Made by a program: the position numbers and the translations under genes. The notes beneath the pieces were generated by a model, which ran no database searches, had not been told where the DNA came from, and saw only the letters and a program-made list of their open reading frames with translations. Below, piece after piece: positions 11,592-24,445 of a stretch of 64,000 nt of DNA; positions within the stretch are counted from its first letter, which is position 1; each line of letters starts with the position of its first letter. The DNA is from Lingula anatina (taxonomy: Eukaryota > Animalia > Brachiopoda), in the NCBI GenBank assembly GCA_051362555.1, contig CM120643.1, forward strand, positions 9,176,001 through 9,240,000, written 5' to 3'.

Positions 11592-12689
11592 TCATTTCAC
11601 ATCGGACTGAACAAGTTTTAGAGAAACGTTCCTTTCTCTCAGCACAATATCACTGCGCGTGGTGTTATTAGTAGACTGGCGCTGTAGACCGCGTCTCAAA
11701 CGACACTGTTTGATCCTTCGGAATCCCCGTCTGAAATCCGTGGACACAAAGTTGTATATGATGGGATTGGCGCAGGAGTTCGAGAAGGCCAAAAGTTGGG
11801 CAATAACGCCGGCAACGTAGACAGTCAGTGGATCGACGCGGTCTCCAATGGGAAGCGCATTGTAGAGAGTGATGGAAAGAAACGGTGCCCAACACACAAA
11901 GAAGACAACCGCCACAGACACCACCAGAATCACCACTTTACGAGTACTCCGTCTACAACTTTCCAACTTTTCCAAAGTTTCGTAGTCCATCTTTTTGAAA
12001 ACTTTCTGATTTCGGCGCAGCGAGACGGTAATAATGCCTGTGCCTACGAAACACGCCGTAATAGGTAGTAGGAAGTCCACGCCAACAGCAATAGCTACTA
12101 TGGTGTCCTTATCATCATACTTTGAGGTACACGACCCGCTGGCCTCACTGTAGTATAAAGCTATGGGGGAGTTGAGAAGAAGCATGGCGAGCCATATCAG
12201 CCCGCTGGCTATGAGGGAGTATCTCTTCGTCAGTATCCGCGAGGCTTGTAAGGGCATTGCGACGGCAATGCAGCGAAACACGCATATTATCATCAGAGAA
12301 TACGCACTAACCGACATGGTGACGAATATGGTGTACTTGAACAGTTTACACAGGCCCTCGCCGAGGATGAGGTCGTACTTACTTATGTAATAGGCGGCTT
12401 GAAGGGGGACACAGAACAACAAGAACAGAAGATCTGCCACAGCCAGATTCAGGAACAGCATATTAGGGCACGTCCGCAGAAACTTGTTGGCCAGGATGGC
12501 GTATATCACCATACCGTTACCGAGAATCCCCAAAAGCAGGATGCTGCCAAATATGGCGGGGCACACGGTGGAGAAGGTGTTGATGAGGTTGTAGTAACTC
12601 TGAATCCGTGCCCAGTCCTCCTCTGAGCGATTGGTGGAATCCGATAAGGTCCAAGACGTGATGTTCTCATCTAATGACAACGTGTTCAT
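11592..12689 (-). CDS. Class A (rhodopsin-like) neuropeptide GPCR, galanin/allatostatin-A receptor-like, 365 aa, intronless CDS
   Basis: Seven hydrophobic segments. GN in TM1, NLAVADLLF in TM2, CK at the start of TM3, FRC at the DRY position, CWAP in TM6, NSCANPIIY in TM7 and an FRRGF helix 8. N-terminal N-glycosylation sequons NIT and NRS. Kozak-like aaaaATG. Subfamily assignment is by resemblance only. Confidence 0.93.
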   Translation of the reverse strand: MNTLSLDENITSWTLSDSTNRSEEDWARIQSYYNLINTFSTVCPAIFGSILLLGILGNGMVIYAILANKFLRTCPNMLFLNLAVADLLFLLFCVPLQAAYYISKYDLILGEGLCKLFKYTIFVTMSVSAYSLMIICVFRCIAVAMPLQASRILTKRYSLIASGLIWLAMLLLNSPIALYYSEASGSCTSKYDDKDTIVAIAVGVDFLLPITACFVGTGIITVSLRRNQKVFKKMDYETLEKLESCRRSTRKVVILVVSVAVVFFVCWAPFLSITLYNALPIGDRVDPLTVYVAGVIAQLLAFSNSCANPIIYNFVSTDFRRGFRRIKQCRLRRGLQRQSTNNTTRSDIVLRERNVSLKLVQSDVK

Positions 12690-13918
12690 TTTTTGGTATG
12701 ATTACAATACCAGTTCAAAGCAATTCTTTCAACGTAAGGAAGCCGACACTTTGTTATGAGTTCCACTTTCTGATCCTTACAGTTGTTTCACAAGAAAATT
12801 TCAAGACAGTGAGAGTTCAAATGTGGATGCCAACTCTCCCAAGCTTGTCACACCTGTTGGTATATGTGGGTCCAGGTACCTGCAAAACAATGGCAAACAC
12901 TTTAAAACAAATATCACTTTTTAAACTCAAACCACCTCGCTGTACAGCAAAAATACAAATCTGAAATACAGATAACCGTTCGGATGATATTTAAATTACA
13001 AACTCGCTTATTGATTTTGCTGCCATGGAAATCATTTCTGTGAAGCAATGTGAAACAATGGCCTGTGCCTCCTCAAAGACGCTCGCGTCGTTTTCGATCA
13101 GACTCGGTGATCACCCAGGAGACAATAGATAGTTCTTGTTTTTATACTGGAATGAACGGAGCTGATATATCTCTTGGCGAAAGATTCGAATTATGCTGGA
13201 AAGTACGATTAGATAACCATTTGACACGCCGAGATACAAAAACCCAACAAAACGTGCTTTAGATTAAGGCTAGACGCACATTTGAATATAAAGATACAAG
13301 AACGAAAATGACATAATCATACAGGCGATCGTTTAAAGATAATATATAAATATATTATTTGTCTTAGTCACCACTGAAAAGAAAAGCCACTTGTTGCATG
13401 ACGGTTACATTGGTGAGGCAAATCCGCGTGAGTCTGTGATAATTGCATGCGTGACGAGGTGAAAAAATAATGAGATCCCCTCGGCAAACTGCAGTCAGAA
13501 GTGACTTACTTACTAGCAAAGACTCGGTCATATATGAACGAACCAGTTTACAGATATGGCACTTGTTTTCAAATCGCTACCATTGAGCAACTTGCGTAGC
13601 CTTCAGATTTGCATATTTCAAATTTTGTGAAACTTTTTGCTCGCTATTTTTAACGCAAAAACACAAAAACTAGACATTTTTTGTTTAACATTTACCACAT
13701 TAAGCACCCCAAAACCATTTTAACTATTCACTTAATGTGAATTTAATATTTGGACAATTTTATTCAAGTATATACAGATTTCGCCTTTAACTTAAACTTT
13801 AAAATGCGACATGTAAGCAAAGACAATACTTTCGTTATTCTAACAGATTACAACATGAGCTTCAGACGAAAAACACAGGATCTCTCAGTAAGTAAAAAAT
13901 GAAAGGTTGGTTACAAAG

Positions 13919-14074
13919 CCCTTAGCAAAATATCAGGCCGCTGCAAACTCCTTCTTGCAAATTTGCAGCAAATTTGCTGCAAATTAGCAGCAATATTTTT
14001 TTTCTTGCAAACTTCTGCCAACTCGTTGCAAACTAAAGGTTTGCATCAATATTTCATCAATATTGCTGCAAGGG
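13919..14074. mobile_element. Small CCC...GGG-ended element with internal tgcaaa/tttgca repeats (EnSpm/CMC-like MITE)
   Basis: Imperfect TIR cccttagcaaaatat / atattgctgcaaggg, with many inverted gcaaa subrepeats. No clear TSD. Confidence 0.45.
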
Positions 14075-15321
14075 AACCCACAAAAGTACAGGTACCTTTT
14101 TTAGTTCGCTTTCACAAAACGATCTCTGTGTTGACATGCTGGGATGAATCCCAGAAGATCTAACAATGAAAATGGAGCTCCCCGGTAGGACTTCTGTGGC
14201 TGAGCACAAGGCTTCAGACGAGACACAACTGAGTATCTAATAAATCGACAATGGCCTATGACAACGGCACTGGGAACGTAAGATTAACAAGTGGATGCTA
14301 TCTAAATGGAAAGTTCCCCAGTGGAAGGCATTTGCAGATACTCTGGTGACCAATTTCAACCCTACATTTCCTGCCCATTTAGGTAAGATTGAGTCATATA
14401 ATGTCAATGAACGACAAAATGTGCTTAAACAACAATAATAAACCATCTCATTTATCAAGTTGATATTTTTAATTGTGACTGATAATGACATCTTGCCTGA
14501 CGAAACTGGCGGGAGCACGCCGAACGTGGTGTGTTCCTAATGAACCCGTTAATTACAAAACGTTATCTTTAACGACCAAACAGAACATTTGCAGTTTCTA
14601 CGTCTGTCTTAGTATGTGATAATGTGAAGTAATACCCGTTTAAGATAAGACTATTAAAAAGAAATAATAATATTTTTAAAATTATCATAAGTATAATTTT
14701 TATCATAATTTTTTTTATTTTTCATTTGTTTATATAGCAATTAATTTATTTATTTTTGTGGTATCCCGACCATGTTTATTTTTCTCCAAGTTTATCCTTG
14801 TAGCATGTAATAAAACCACGGTTAAGACATGAAAGTGTAAAAAGCTGCTTCGTTCAAATGACAAAATAGGCATACGAGACAGATATTTTAGTCACTGACA
14901 TAAGTGTTATTAGGAATTCCCACAGGTTCTTCACTCGATCCTTATCAGGCAATTTGTTACGTAACGCCAAAGGAATTTGAGGAGACAACAGACGATTCAA
15001 TTGATGAAACTGAATACAACCGGATCATTATTACTATAGAGGCGTTTTTCTTCTTTCTTTTGCAGGAAACAAAGCGAGTAATGCGATTGATTTTCAAACA
15101 AGGGTTATTTATCTTGTAAAAAGCTACAAAAGTTGATACCCATGCAACGATACGGAGACAATCATTCGGGCCAAAACTGTATTAACTTTTGTTTTAACTT
15201 GACCCTTGGACGCAATCTGTGTCACTGGGAAAGCGAAATAATCGAGATTGGAAATTAAACGCAAACACGATTATATACATGTATGTTGTAGGTGCAATTT
15301 TCAGCGAGACATGGAACTGTA

Positions 15322-15798
15322 CAGCATTGGTCAAAAAGGTTGTCCCACCCCCATTTCCATGTACTTTTATTTACAAATGATCACCTCACAGCTGTGAACT
15401 GTTAGAAATAGTGCTTTTTATTACGGATACCGTGTCTAACATGATTAATGGTTAAAAAAAATACAAAATAGTGGTGAAAATATACATATTTTATACCATT
15501 TAGTAAAATTTATAAGAGGTATCCCCTCAAATCGACTGTTTCACTGTGACTTCTAAAGATGTAAAGAAATGACTATAAAATTGAAAAGAAGCCATCAAAT
15601 GTCACCAAATTCACACACAATTAGCATTAAAATGTGTATATTTTCACCACTATTTTGTATTTTTTTAACCATTAATCATGTTAGACACGGTATCCGTAAT
15701 AAAAAGCACTATTTCTAACAGTTCACAGCTGTGAGGTGATCATTTGTAAATAAAAGTACATGGAAATGGGGGTGGGACAACCTTTTTGACCAATGCTG
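15322..15798. mobile_element. Tc1/mariner-type MITE with near-perfect TIRs of about 165 bp
   Basis: TA|cagcattggtcaaaaaggttgtcccacc ... ggtgggacaacctttttgaccaatgctg|TA. TA target duplication and CAG terminus. Confidence 0.92.
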
Positions 15799-15970
15799 TA
15801 TACTTGCTTTTACGCATCGCCGTAAAAACTCTGTCACTACTCAAAACATTTTATCTCCATCCTGGAATGAGAACGTACACCAATATAACCTGCGTACTCG
15901 AGACGTATACGACGTAATTGTAACAAATTCCTTTCGTTTCTGTGTATGGGCAAATTTTTTCAGACGTTAA

Positions 15971-16211
15971 GGATCATTCTCAGACCCTACTGTGGATCGA
16001 TCTATCTCCGAGGGGATATAATTGCAATTAACTTAAGCTGCTTAAATGTCTGTCACGCCTACTGAAATTGCTAGGGGGTAATTAATTATAACTTAGCAAC
16101 TGCAGTAGGCGTGCCAGGCATCTAGACCGCTTAAGCTGAAAGCAATTTAGCGACAAACCCCTCGTAGAGGGATCGATCCTGTTGGATTGATCTAGGTATG
16201 GGAACCCAGTC
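15971..16211. mobile_element. Harbinger-like MITE family A (copy 2)
   Basis: ggatcgatctatctccgagggg ... cgcctactgaa..gctagggggtaattaa ... gatcctgttggattgatctaggtatgggaacccagtc, preceded by TAA. Confidence 0.78.
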
Positions 16212-18511
16212 TTGGTGTTATACGCTCTGTGTGACAGAGCCTTAATGGACCTCTAATGAATATCAGATTGAAGAGATCATGCAGCGGCGAAGGTTGAAAA
16301 CCATCCCACGTATGGATGACGCCTGTATATAGTGATAATGTTAAGCAATAGGGGACATTTTGAATTAGTCGTGTATCCACATTCGCCAAGGAACCCTAGT
16401 GAGAGTATTATCTCGATTTTTCTAAGAAGGGCAGAAGTCGTCATTTTCTTTTGAAAAAGAAGCTGTCGCCTCTCTCCCCTTCTCTCTTCAATCCGATACC
16501 GATGTCGATGATTAATTTTCCACAGGAAATGATGTGCTATACAACTGATCAATAATACAGATACAGATAGGAACTTGTGAAATTTGCAACGGAAGAAATA
16601 ATCTGGACGCAATATCCCCGGATCTCTGACAGTTTGGAGTGCTAATCATTCATCACTCCGCTGTTCTGCAACTCCCAAATTATAACTGATATATATGTTT
16701 TACGGATGATCTTGATTCCAGCAGAAAGAAACTGCACGATTTTGACAGAAGAAGTGATTTCATGGCGTGCGTATCATTTCACGTTAAAAAGACATTTGAA
16801 ATTATTTAATATCATACTGGCATGATAACAGAACCATCATGCGATATGCCTCGAAAAAAAAGGTTCCCGTTAGAAATGCAGTTTACAAATACACGTACAA
16901 TGGTTTTTACCGTGAATCCAGATAAGTATAAAAACTCTTTCGTTTTTGTATTAAACATATTGATTCAAGTCTCCATAACGAACACAGTAGAACAAAGGAT
17001 TTATTTTTTTGTCTTCAGTCATACCTTAAGGGAAAATGAAAATAAATCTCAATGAAAGCTGACATTCTGTGCTGACTTTCAAAGGGATGCAACTTTAAGA
17101 CCACCAAAGTTAATTAGATGCCATCAAAGCCATCAAGGTCATCAAGGTCACCTTTCACTCCAGGATTTTAGGAAAACCATGGGACTTGCGGTAAAAATCA
17201 AGTTCAAATAAGAATACATTTATTGTATCGGGATATATTTAAGCTGACGTTTCGTCAGTGGTAGCCAAGCACACACTGTGTTGAAAACCAGTCTGTTGTT
17301 GTTCCGAGAAATTTGTTGCAAAATGAGCTGTGACTTGTGACCTAACGTCCTGGCGCCCTGGGACGAGGCAGACGCAATGTTACAGGCTAGACACTGATCC
17401 TGAAGAGAAGCTTATAAAGTAACTTTTATTTCCTAGGCAATCTAAGCTCGGTTGGACACGGGGTTACGGTAGACAACAGTATGACGGTTTATTTCAGGGT
17501 GGTCGTCCCATAAAACCGTTGGGCCGTGACATTGATAGAGGGCGGTTAAGTCAGTGAAAGGTGTGAAAAATGGCCATTTTAGCCTTGTCAATATTTGATT
17601 GGTTATTACGTTAATTCACAGGCGACTTAAATCCCAAAAATTTATGAATCAAACAAAAATATTACTTTCAATAAGATAATTGATTTTGAAGATTAAGGAA
17701 CAAACAATCATTTCAAAATCATAAATGAAACATATGATAGTCTACTTTTTAATACTATCGCGGCAAATTTACTATGTTCTTGGTCTTTGTGCGATAATAT
17801 TTTCCTTTATATTGCACTGAGAATAAGACAATTTTCACTGTCTATTAAAAGGTATATTTCTTTTTGTCATATGAAGTCAAACTTGCATTACTCCAATAAA
17901 TGCCGTCATGTTGCACTTCAAACACCACAAATAACAATTTTGGACCATCAAGCCCCAATATTTTCTCTTACAAAAACCAGCTGAGGCCAACGCTACTCGT
18001 AATCGAATCGTTTACTTTAGAACGTCATTCGGTCCACTTTTTTCCAGGTTCGACATTTTCGCCTAATTATAATGGACAACGAATCTATTACTTTTTGCCC
18101 CACAATCGCTCTGTTACACCACAGAAACGCATTTCCTGGGGAATACTTCTGTATTATTTACAAAGACGTACAAATAATATATATTTGTATGCCGTAAGGT
18201 CTATTTTCAGGCACACTCGCACCATTCTAACTACTACTACATTTGTACGTACTGTTCCTCTTTGATCATATATATTTTGTCTCCATTCGTTCATCATTTT
18301 TGCATATAAATATTCTTGCGCTTTTCACCAGATGTACCTCTTTTTAATTTCATATTGTTTTTCGCGATGTGCAGTCTTTTTCTTTTTGTTTGCACGTGCA
18401 TTTAATACCATGAAAGCTATTCAAGGATTTGTTCCATAACACATTTAACTTCGTAGTATTTTCACGCCTTCAGTCGAAGACAGCCATTAGGGCTTTTGTC
18501 TGTAAGTAGTA

Positions 18512-18548
<37 letters not shown>

Positions 18549-18596
18549 AAGCGTTCTGTCTTCTTTTCCTTCCCCGTTTTCTTACTCGACACTTAC

Positions 18597-19000
18597 CTTC
18601 TGTCTCCAACGCCAGTTTTTATCACCGTGAAAATCTCAAAGATGATTACGCAAACTGTCGTCTTCAGCACATTGTGAACACGCTGCGCCTCCCTGCTGTC
18701 ACCAATAAAATACCGTGTTTTCGGTTCCTCGCAGACACCGACTGTAATTAGCTGCATTAATTTTCCAGTTAGGTCACAGCTGCAGCGCTGGTGTAAAGAA
18801 AAGTCTCAGCGCTCTAGTCTGCGGTGCTGTTCTACTTCGTGCAGGAGCAGCACGCGCTCTGGCTCCTGCTTTGCTCTTCGACTCTCTATGAATACACATT
18901 CAAAGTCATTCACTCTATGAATATACATTTAGAGTCTACGTCACGGCGGAGCCAGGCCGTGTTACTGGCTAATTACAAGCCATGTTCTTGCTCATTGGTC
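18597..19000 (-). promoter_or_regulatory. Candidate promoter and non-coding first exon of the GPCR
   Basis: Consensus minus-strand donor GAAG|gtaagt at 18597/18596. Locally GC/CpG-richer block with minus-strand CCAAT near 18995 and tacgtca near 18937. Matching acceptor ttttgcag at 12880 in the GPCR 5' UTR. The linkage is inferred. Confidence 0.35.
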
Positions 19001-21783
19001 AGAAATATACGTTTTGATACATAGATACAGCCGTGTGGCATCAACGATACTTCAAAATGTGGTGGCAACAGGAAGACCCCACGAACGATTTGTACTTTTT
19101 TAAAGTGTATACCGCCAACAGTCGAAAATGACCCGTGGTACCTGCTGTTGTATTTTGCATGTATTAACAATAATCTATGTTCTTACATGAATCAAAAGCA
19201 GTTTATCGATTTTTTCTCTATTTCCGCTTTTTTTTTACAAGTGCCCACTTTTTTTACAACGGCTTTCCCTTTATTAATGACAAAGAAACTATTAGACCTT
19301 TACCCGTCACGCTAAGTATTGCCTTTCCAGCGTAGGATTTCAGAACGAACATGCCTTTTGTCAATAGCTCATCTGTTTCCCATGACAAAAGGTTGTTAGT
19401 GTTCGTGCTGCAAGTTGCTAACTATTCCATGATGAATACCATTGGTAATATTAATAATGATAATAATATAATTATTATTATTATTATTATTGTAGTTTTT
19501 GCAATGTCTAAAATATATGTTGAATGCGTATATAAAAATATAGTATTAAAATGGAATTAAATTCAAATAAACCTTTACAATTAGTATTAAAGAAAATAGT
19601 AGAAATAAAACATAGTGTTCGTCATTGTTTTAAAGGCTTTAAGTTCATGAATAGACACAGTTCATTGATATGTGTCTACATGTTGGAAGTATTGTGCAAA
19701 ACAGCTATTCCACAACAAGGGTTCTAATTCCGAAAGAAAATACCCATTTTAAGCAATAAAAGTGTATAAAATATTGTTCTATTTAGTGTTTTATAGCAAA
19801 ATAAAGGATGACTACAACTAGTTTGTGCTTTTTTTGGAAGACAATTTATTCGCAATACGTTATTAACTTGTGGCAAGACGGCATAAAGTAAAATCCTTAT
19901 ATTCTTGCACATGAAAACATGTTAAGTGCACTATAAAAGATGTCAAACTACCCCCTCTAAATCTGGGTACGTATAGCCACCACCTTCATTTCACTTGTAA
20001 TGTTCGAGTCTTCCGTTTTGTTCGAAAGTAGAGGTAATGTTTGTTAGAAAGAAAAGCTTTACTGTGCCGCTGTTCCTTGTAGTGAAGTTTGACATTTACA
20101 TCAAATACACAATTTTGGGAAATCAATAACGTATCACTCTTTTTCCATCAAAATTGACTTTTGTGTTCGTCTATATATGCATCAAAACTGTATTCATCAC
20201 GAAAAAACGTATTTGAATGGTTAAATATTTGTGTGACCTTCTAAGACGTTTTCTTAAGCATTTTAATTTGTTTGAGAAGCACGAAAATTCGTTGGAAATG
20301 TCAGCGTGATAAACCTCCATGAGAAATATCTTAATATTTTTCATTTTTAATTGTTTTTATCTTTCTTCATTCATTTACAGGGGCGGATCCAGATATATTT
20401 TCTGACAGTCTTCCAAATTATCTTTCTTGATCCATGCTCTATTTTTGACCGTCTTCCGACAGAAAAAAAATAGATACCCGTCAAGGTAAACTTTCAATGT
20501 CTCAATCCCCCCTGATTTGTGACTGCCCCGAGGAAGTCAAAATATTTCACCACAGCACATTTAAGACTGACTAAAGACTTTTAATGCTAATAGAACATGT
20601 GCTTGATTGTGATACATACAAAACTCACCCATTTTCTCATTAATGTGTATATCAATTCGTGCGACGACCCGCATCTCAACCAGATACTGGCATTGCGTGG
20701 TAACTGTTTTCCCATAATCGGAGGAAGTGTTAGTCTTGTCAGCTTCGAATACATGCTATATTTAGTATCGCATCCTTGTAACGAAAAAGCGATACGCGAT
20801 CTTAACACCAAAAACATTATGTTGGAAAATCAATTATATAGTTGCGTGCGAGTGTGGTTAAAAAATAGATTCTCCAATGACACGTGGCGGCTAAGCTTGT
20901 TTGTAAATTACACGCAGTTCTGCCCGCCCGACCTCGTGCCCCCTACAGAACGACAAACTTATTGTAGAGGGTTCTATCACAAGGTCAACGTGTCAACGTC
21001 CCTCAAAAACGTCGTTAAACGTATTTGTCCTTTGGAATAATTGTATTTTCTTATTTCTTTCCATGTCCAGTTACACTAAGGTTTCAAAGTTCTGTTCAGT
21101 TCTGGCAAAATAATTTTGCAAAGCACGAGTGACATGCTGACACAATTTGTAATTTTCAATTGCATGTCAATTTACAATGCAAAGGGGGCATGCCACAGTT
21201 CGTTTGGCGTAAGCCGCAATGGCATGACTGTAATGGCCTCTGTATGACTCTGATAAGTGGTAATCCGTGAGTAAAGACCACATCAAAAAAAGATCAGAGT
21301 TGTGTGGCAAAAGAAAGTCATGAGGAAATTGAAGACTTCCCATTGCCCATGACTGATACAGCCCTGCTTAGAAGCACCGTGTCTTCTCTATCGGAAACGA
21401 TGCTGCTGATAATGATGATGATGTGTACGTCCCACTTCCGAAATAATTCAAAGGTAATGATAGGTGCATTTAACTTGACCAGGAGGCAATGGAATTCAAT
21501 TTTCCACCAATCCTCTCATATTCTTAGCCACATTAAGCGGTCCATCAAGTTCCTCTGCAAGGCTCGCAAACCATTGTGGATGCTGACGAAGTCATCAAGG
21601 CGCTATGTTCTACATTACCAAGCGTTATTAAACCTACCATGTTGTTGCAAATTAAAAGACGAACCCAGGGGGGAAAGAAGTTAAAAGGATAATTGTTCTT
21701 GTTGGTTTCCAATGATAAGAAGTCCATAACATTAAGCAATTAAGCAAACATCGATGAACATGCAGGTCCGGCTAGAACATGTA

Positions 21784-22338
21784 TATGTCAAAGGCCCGGA
21801 TCAAATCCAGTCCTATGCATAAAAAGACCAGACCCCATGTTTATTACGCCCTGGCTGGGCCCATTATTTATGGTGTCTTTGCATTGCTAACAGCATAATG
21901 GACAAGTTAAATGACCAAGTTAATTGGCCAAGCTGCTGGTTTGTTTGTATGGCATGTGCAGGGGATGTCTTAGATCAAGGCACATATTATGATACTAACA
22001 GGTGTGGCAAATGAAAATACATCAGAGGATGATACTTTTAAAGATGTTTAATGTTTAAAGAAAAGACATGTAGATTGATTAAATAACATTTACTAAAGAA
22101 ATGTTAAATTAAAGGTGGGCTTCATTTGTGCCTTGATCTAAGACATCCCCTGCACATACACAAACAAACTGGCAGCTTGACCAATTAACTTGATCAATTA
22201 ACTTGGTCATTTAACTTGCCCATTATGCTGTTAACAATGCAAAGACACCATAAAGAATGGGCCCAGCCAGGGTTTAATAGACATGGGGTCTGGGCTTTTT
22301 ATGCATGGGACTAGATTTGGTCCGGGCCTTTGACGTAT
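21784..22338. mobile_element. MITE with diverged TIRs of about 200 bp
   Basis: tatgtcaaaggcccgga...gatgtcttagatcaaggcaca (to about 21984) pairs with tgtgccttgatctaagacatc...tccgggcctttgacgta (from about 22127). Confidence 0.85.
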
Positions 22339-22878
22339 GTCATATATGTATGTAAATGTTACATTTGTGAATACGTATAACATGTGTAGGCCTATTCCAT
22401 TACCGGTACGCACCAGTAATACTCTGATCGTGATAGGGTACAAATACTGATTTCACTTCGATGGGCCTAATATTCATTTTCGTTGTGGGACATTTTGCAA
22501 AGAATTGTCTTTGGGGCATTTACGGTATGTACATGTATGTCTTGAAGCTGAATAGTCGACTGTCAATTTTGTCACTTAAGAGCAGCTCGGGAGCAGGTGT
22601 TAAAAATGGAAACAAAATCGAAATATGGTTGAAATAAGCTCCATGCAATGCATGGATCCGTGCTGATTGGATGTAATTGTAGCCGTAGTAACTGCAAGGC
22701 GAAGGTTGTTTGGATATTATGAAATATAGGGAAAAGTGCGTTAATAAAGAAACTTGTTCCCTTTAAAACCGCCTTTGAACGCTTGTTTTTGGTGTTTATT
22801 CATATCCTGTTAAGCATTTTATATTTCCCGATTCTGACTGTAAAGACGATAAAACCCTTTGAGAAGAAGTTTATCTAA

Positions 22879-23048
22879 GACTGCATTCACATCAGCAGAC
22901 GAACTAGCCCACGGATCAAATATGGCGAGGTACTTAAAGACTTGCCGTCTAAACCCTTAATAGACACTGGGGATTATGCGACACGCATCCAAGTAGGTCA
23001 GCCATATTTGATCCGCGGACTAGTTAGTCCACTCTTGTGAATGCGGCC
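22879..23048. mobile_element. Harbinger-like MITE family C
   Basis: TAA|gactgcattcaca ... tgtgaatgcggcc|TAA. Internal inverted cggatcaaatatggc / gccatatttgatccg. Confidence 0.85.
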
Positions 23049-23196
23049 TAAAGCGTACATGCACAATTTTAATTATCTTTTCACCATCCTCATGTAGGCC
23101 TAACCATATAAAAGAGAGCAATGTCTGCTTTATACACGACACAGGGCCGCGATACAAAACACGGTGCCATTTTCTTGTGTTGTGAAGTGAAACTTA

Positions 23197-23420
23197 GGCT
23201 GGGTTCCCATAAACCAATCGTACTAGCAGGGTCGATCTAACTTCGAGGGGATTCTCGCTAAATTGCATTCAGTTTAAGCAGCTAAAATGTCTGTCACGCC
23301 CACTGAAGCTGAAGGGGGGTAATTAACTTTTGTGCACGCTTAAACTGAATGCAACTAAGGGAGAATCCCCTCGTAGATAGATCGATCCTGCTAGTACGAT
23401 AGGGTTATGGGAATGGTCCC
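23197..23420. mobile_element. Harbinger-like MITE family A (copy 3)
   Basis: TTA|ggctgggttcccataaaccaatcgtactagcagg ... cctgctagtacgatagggttatgggaatggtccc|TTA. Confidence 0.88.
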
Positions 23421-24309
23421 TTAGCCATGCCCGGTGAAGGTCAGGGAAGGCAGATGTCTTTATGAACGAGTGCCTAGTCATTTAGAACTAAATTAATTTA
23501 AATGAAAAACAGAATGGACATGGAACCCAAGTTTAAGGACGGGGATAAGGAGTGATTTGTGAGTTGGAGAAAATTGTGCTTCACCCGAGAAAAATGCTTT
23601 TGACGGGTCAATCCTGAGGTGAGCATCTTTAAACATGACAGACCATGTATTTGGACGTTATATAGATCTCAGTTCGAGGTTATGCGAATAGTCACTTATA
23701 TAATTCATGTACACAATTTCCAGTGGACCAAACAACTTTGAAATCGAATCCCGGTGAACCTTTTTTTAGCAACAGCTTTTTGAATGCATTAATAAAACAA
23801 CATGTAGGCTTTTCAGGAACAGTGGAAGACGCGATCTAAATTAAGTTTACGGCGCATTTCGCGCCAAGTGATCTACACATAATTCTTTAATGTCAATAGC
23901 TCGAAGCACACGTTACACAGAACATAATGTGCTAGAGTTAATTTTCAAGTGTCTTGGATTTCAGTGCGTGACTGGCAAAAATATCTCTTAGTTTATTTCC
24001 CGCAGAGAGATGCTGGCGTGCAATCCGTTACGTAATTAAAAGAATAGACCAGAGACACGTTTTTGAATTCGTCGCAAAAAAAACATGTTTGTATTTTCTA
24101 CCGTTGTGTGTCAATAAAGGAGTGTTTGGCTGTACTTTCGTGGTTACTTTTCTGCCCCATTGATATACAGCTGTCTTTGTTTTTAGTTCTAAAATAAATG
24201 TATAACAATTACCGGAACGCCTTCTTCCCAGTGAGATGCCATCTTAAGCTCAAACCGATCCCAGAATGCCGTGTTCCTCGGCAGTATTTGGCGTGTACTC
24301 ACCATCAAG

Positions 24310-24445
24310 CCGGTGTGACAGGAATGGTTGCCCCAGGAATGGAAGTTGGAGGATTGGGGGTTAGTACATGGGACGTATACCACCTGTACAAAGTAATAAG
24401 AAACGAACTACATTTCCTAGCGGACTACCATTCCTGTTACACCTG
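24310..24445. mobile_element. MITE family B2
   Basis: ccggtgtgacaggaatggt / accattcctgttacacctg TIR. Homologous to 4871-5049. Confidence 0.72.

Noticed and set aside
18662-18690. REST/NRSE-like TTCAGCAC half site
   Set aside because: The right half (GGACAG) is absent; likely chance.
20597-21040. 147-aa ORF, and other 60-130 aa ORFs in 13000-40000
   Set aside because: No recognisable domains, AT-rich or low-complexity composition, no consistent splice signals; expected by chance.
23735-23762. B-box-like tcgaatccc suggesting a tRNA or SINE
   Set aside because: No A-box or cloverleaf could be built.
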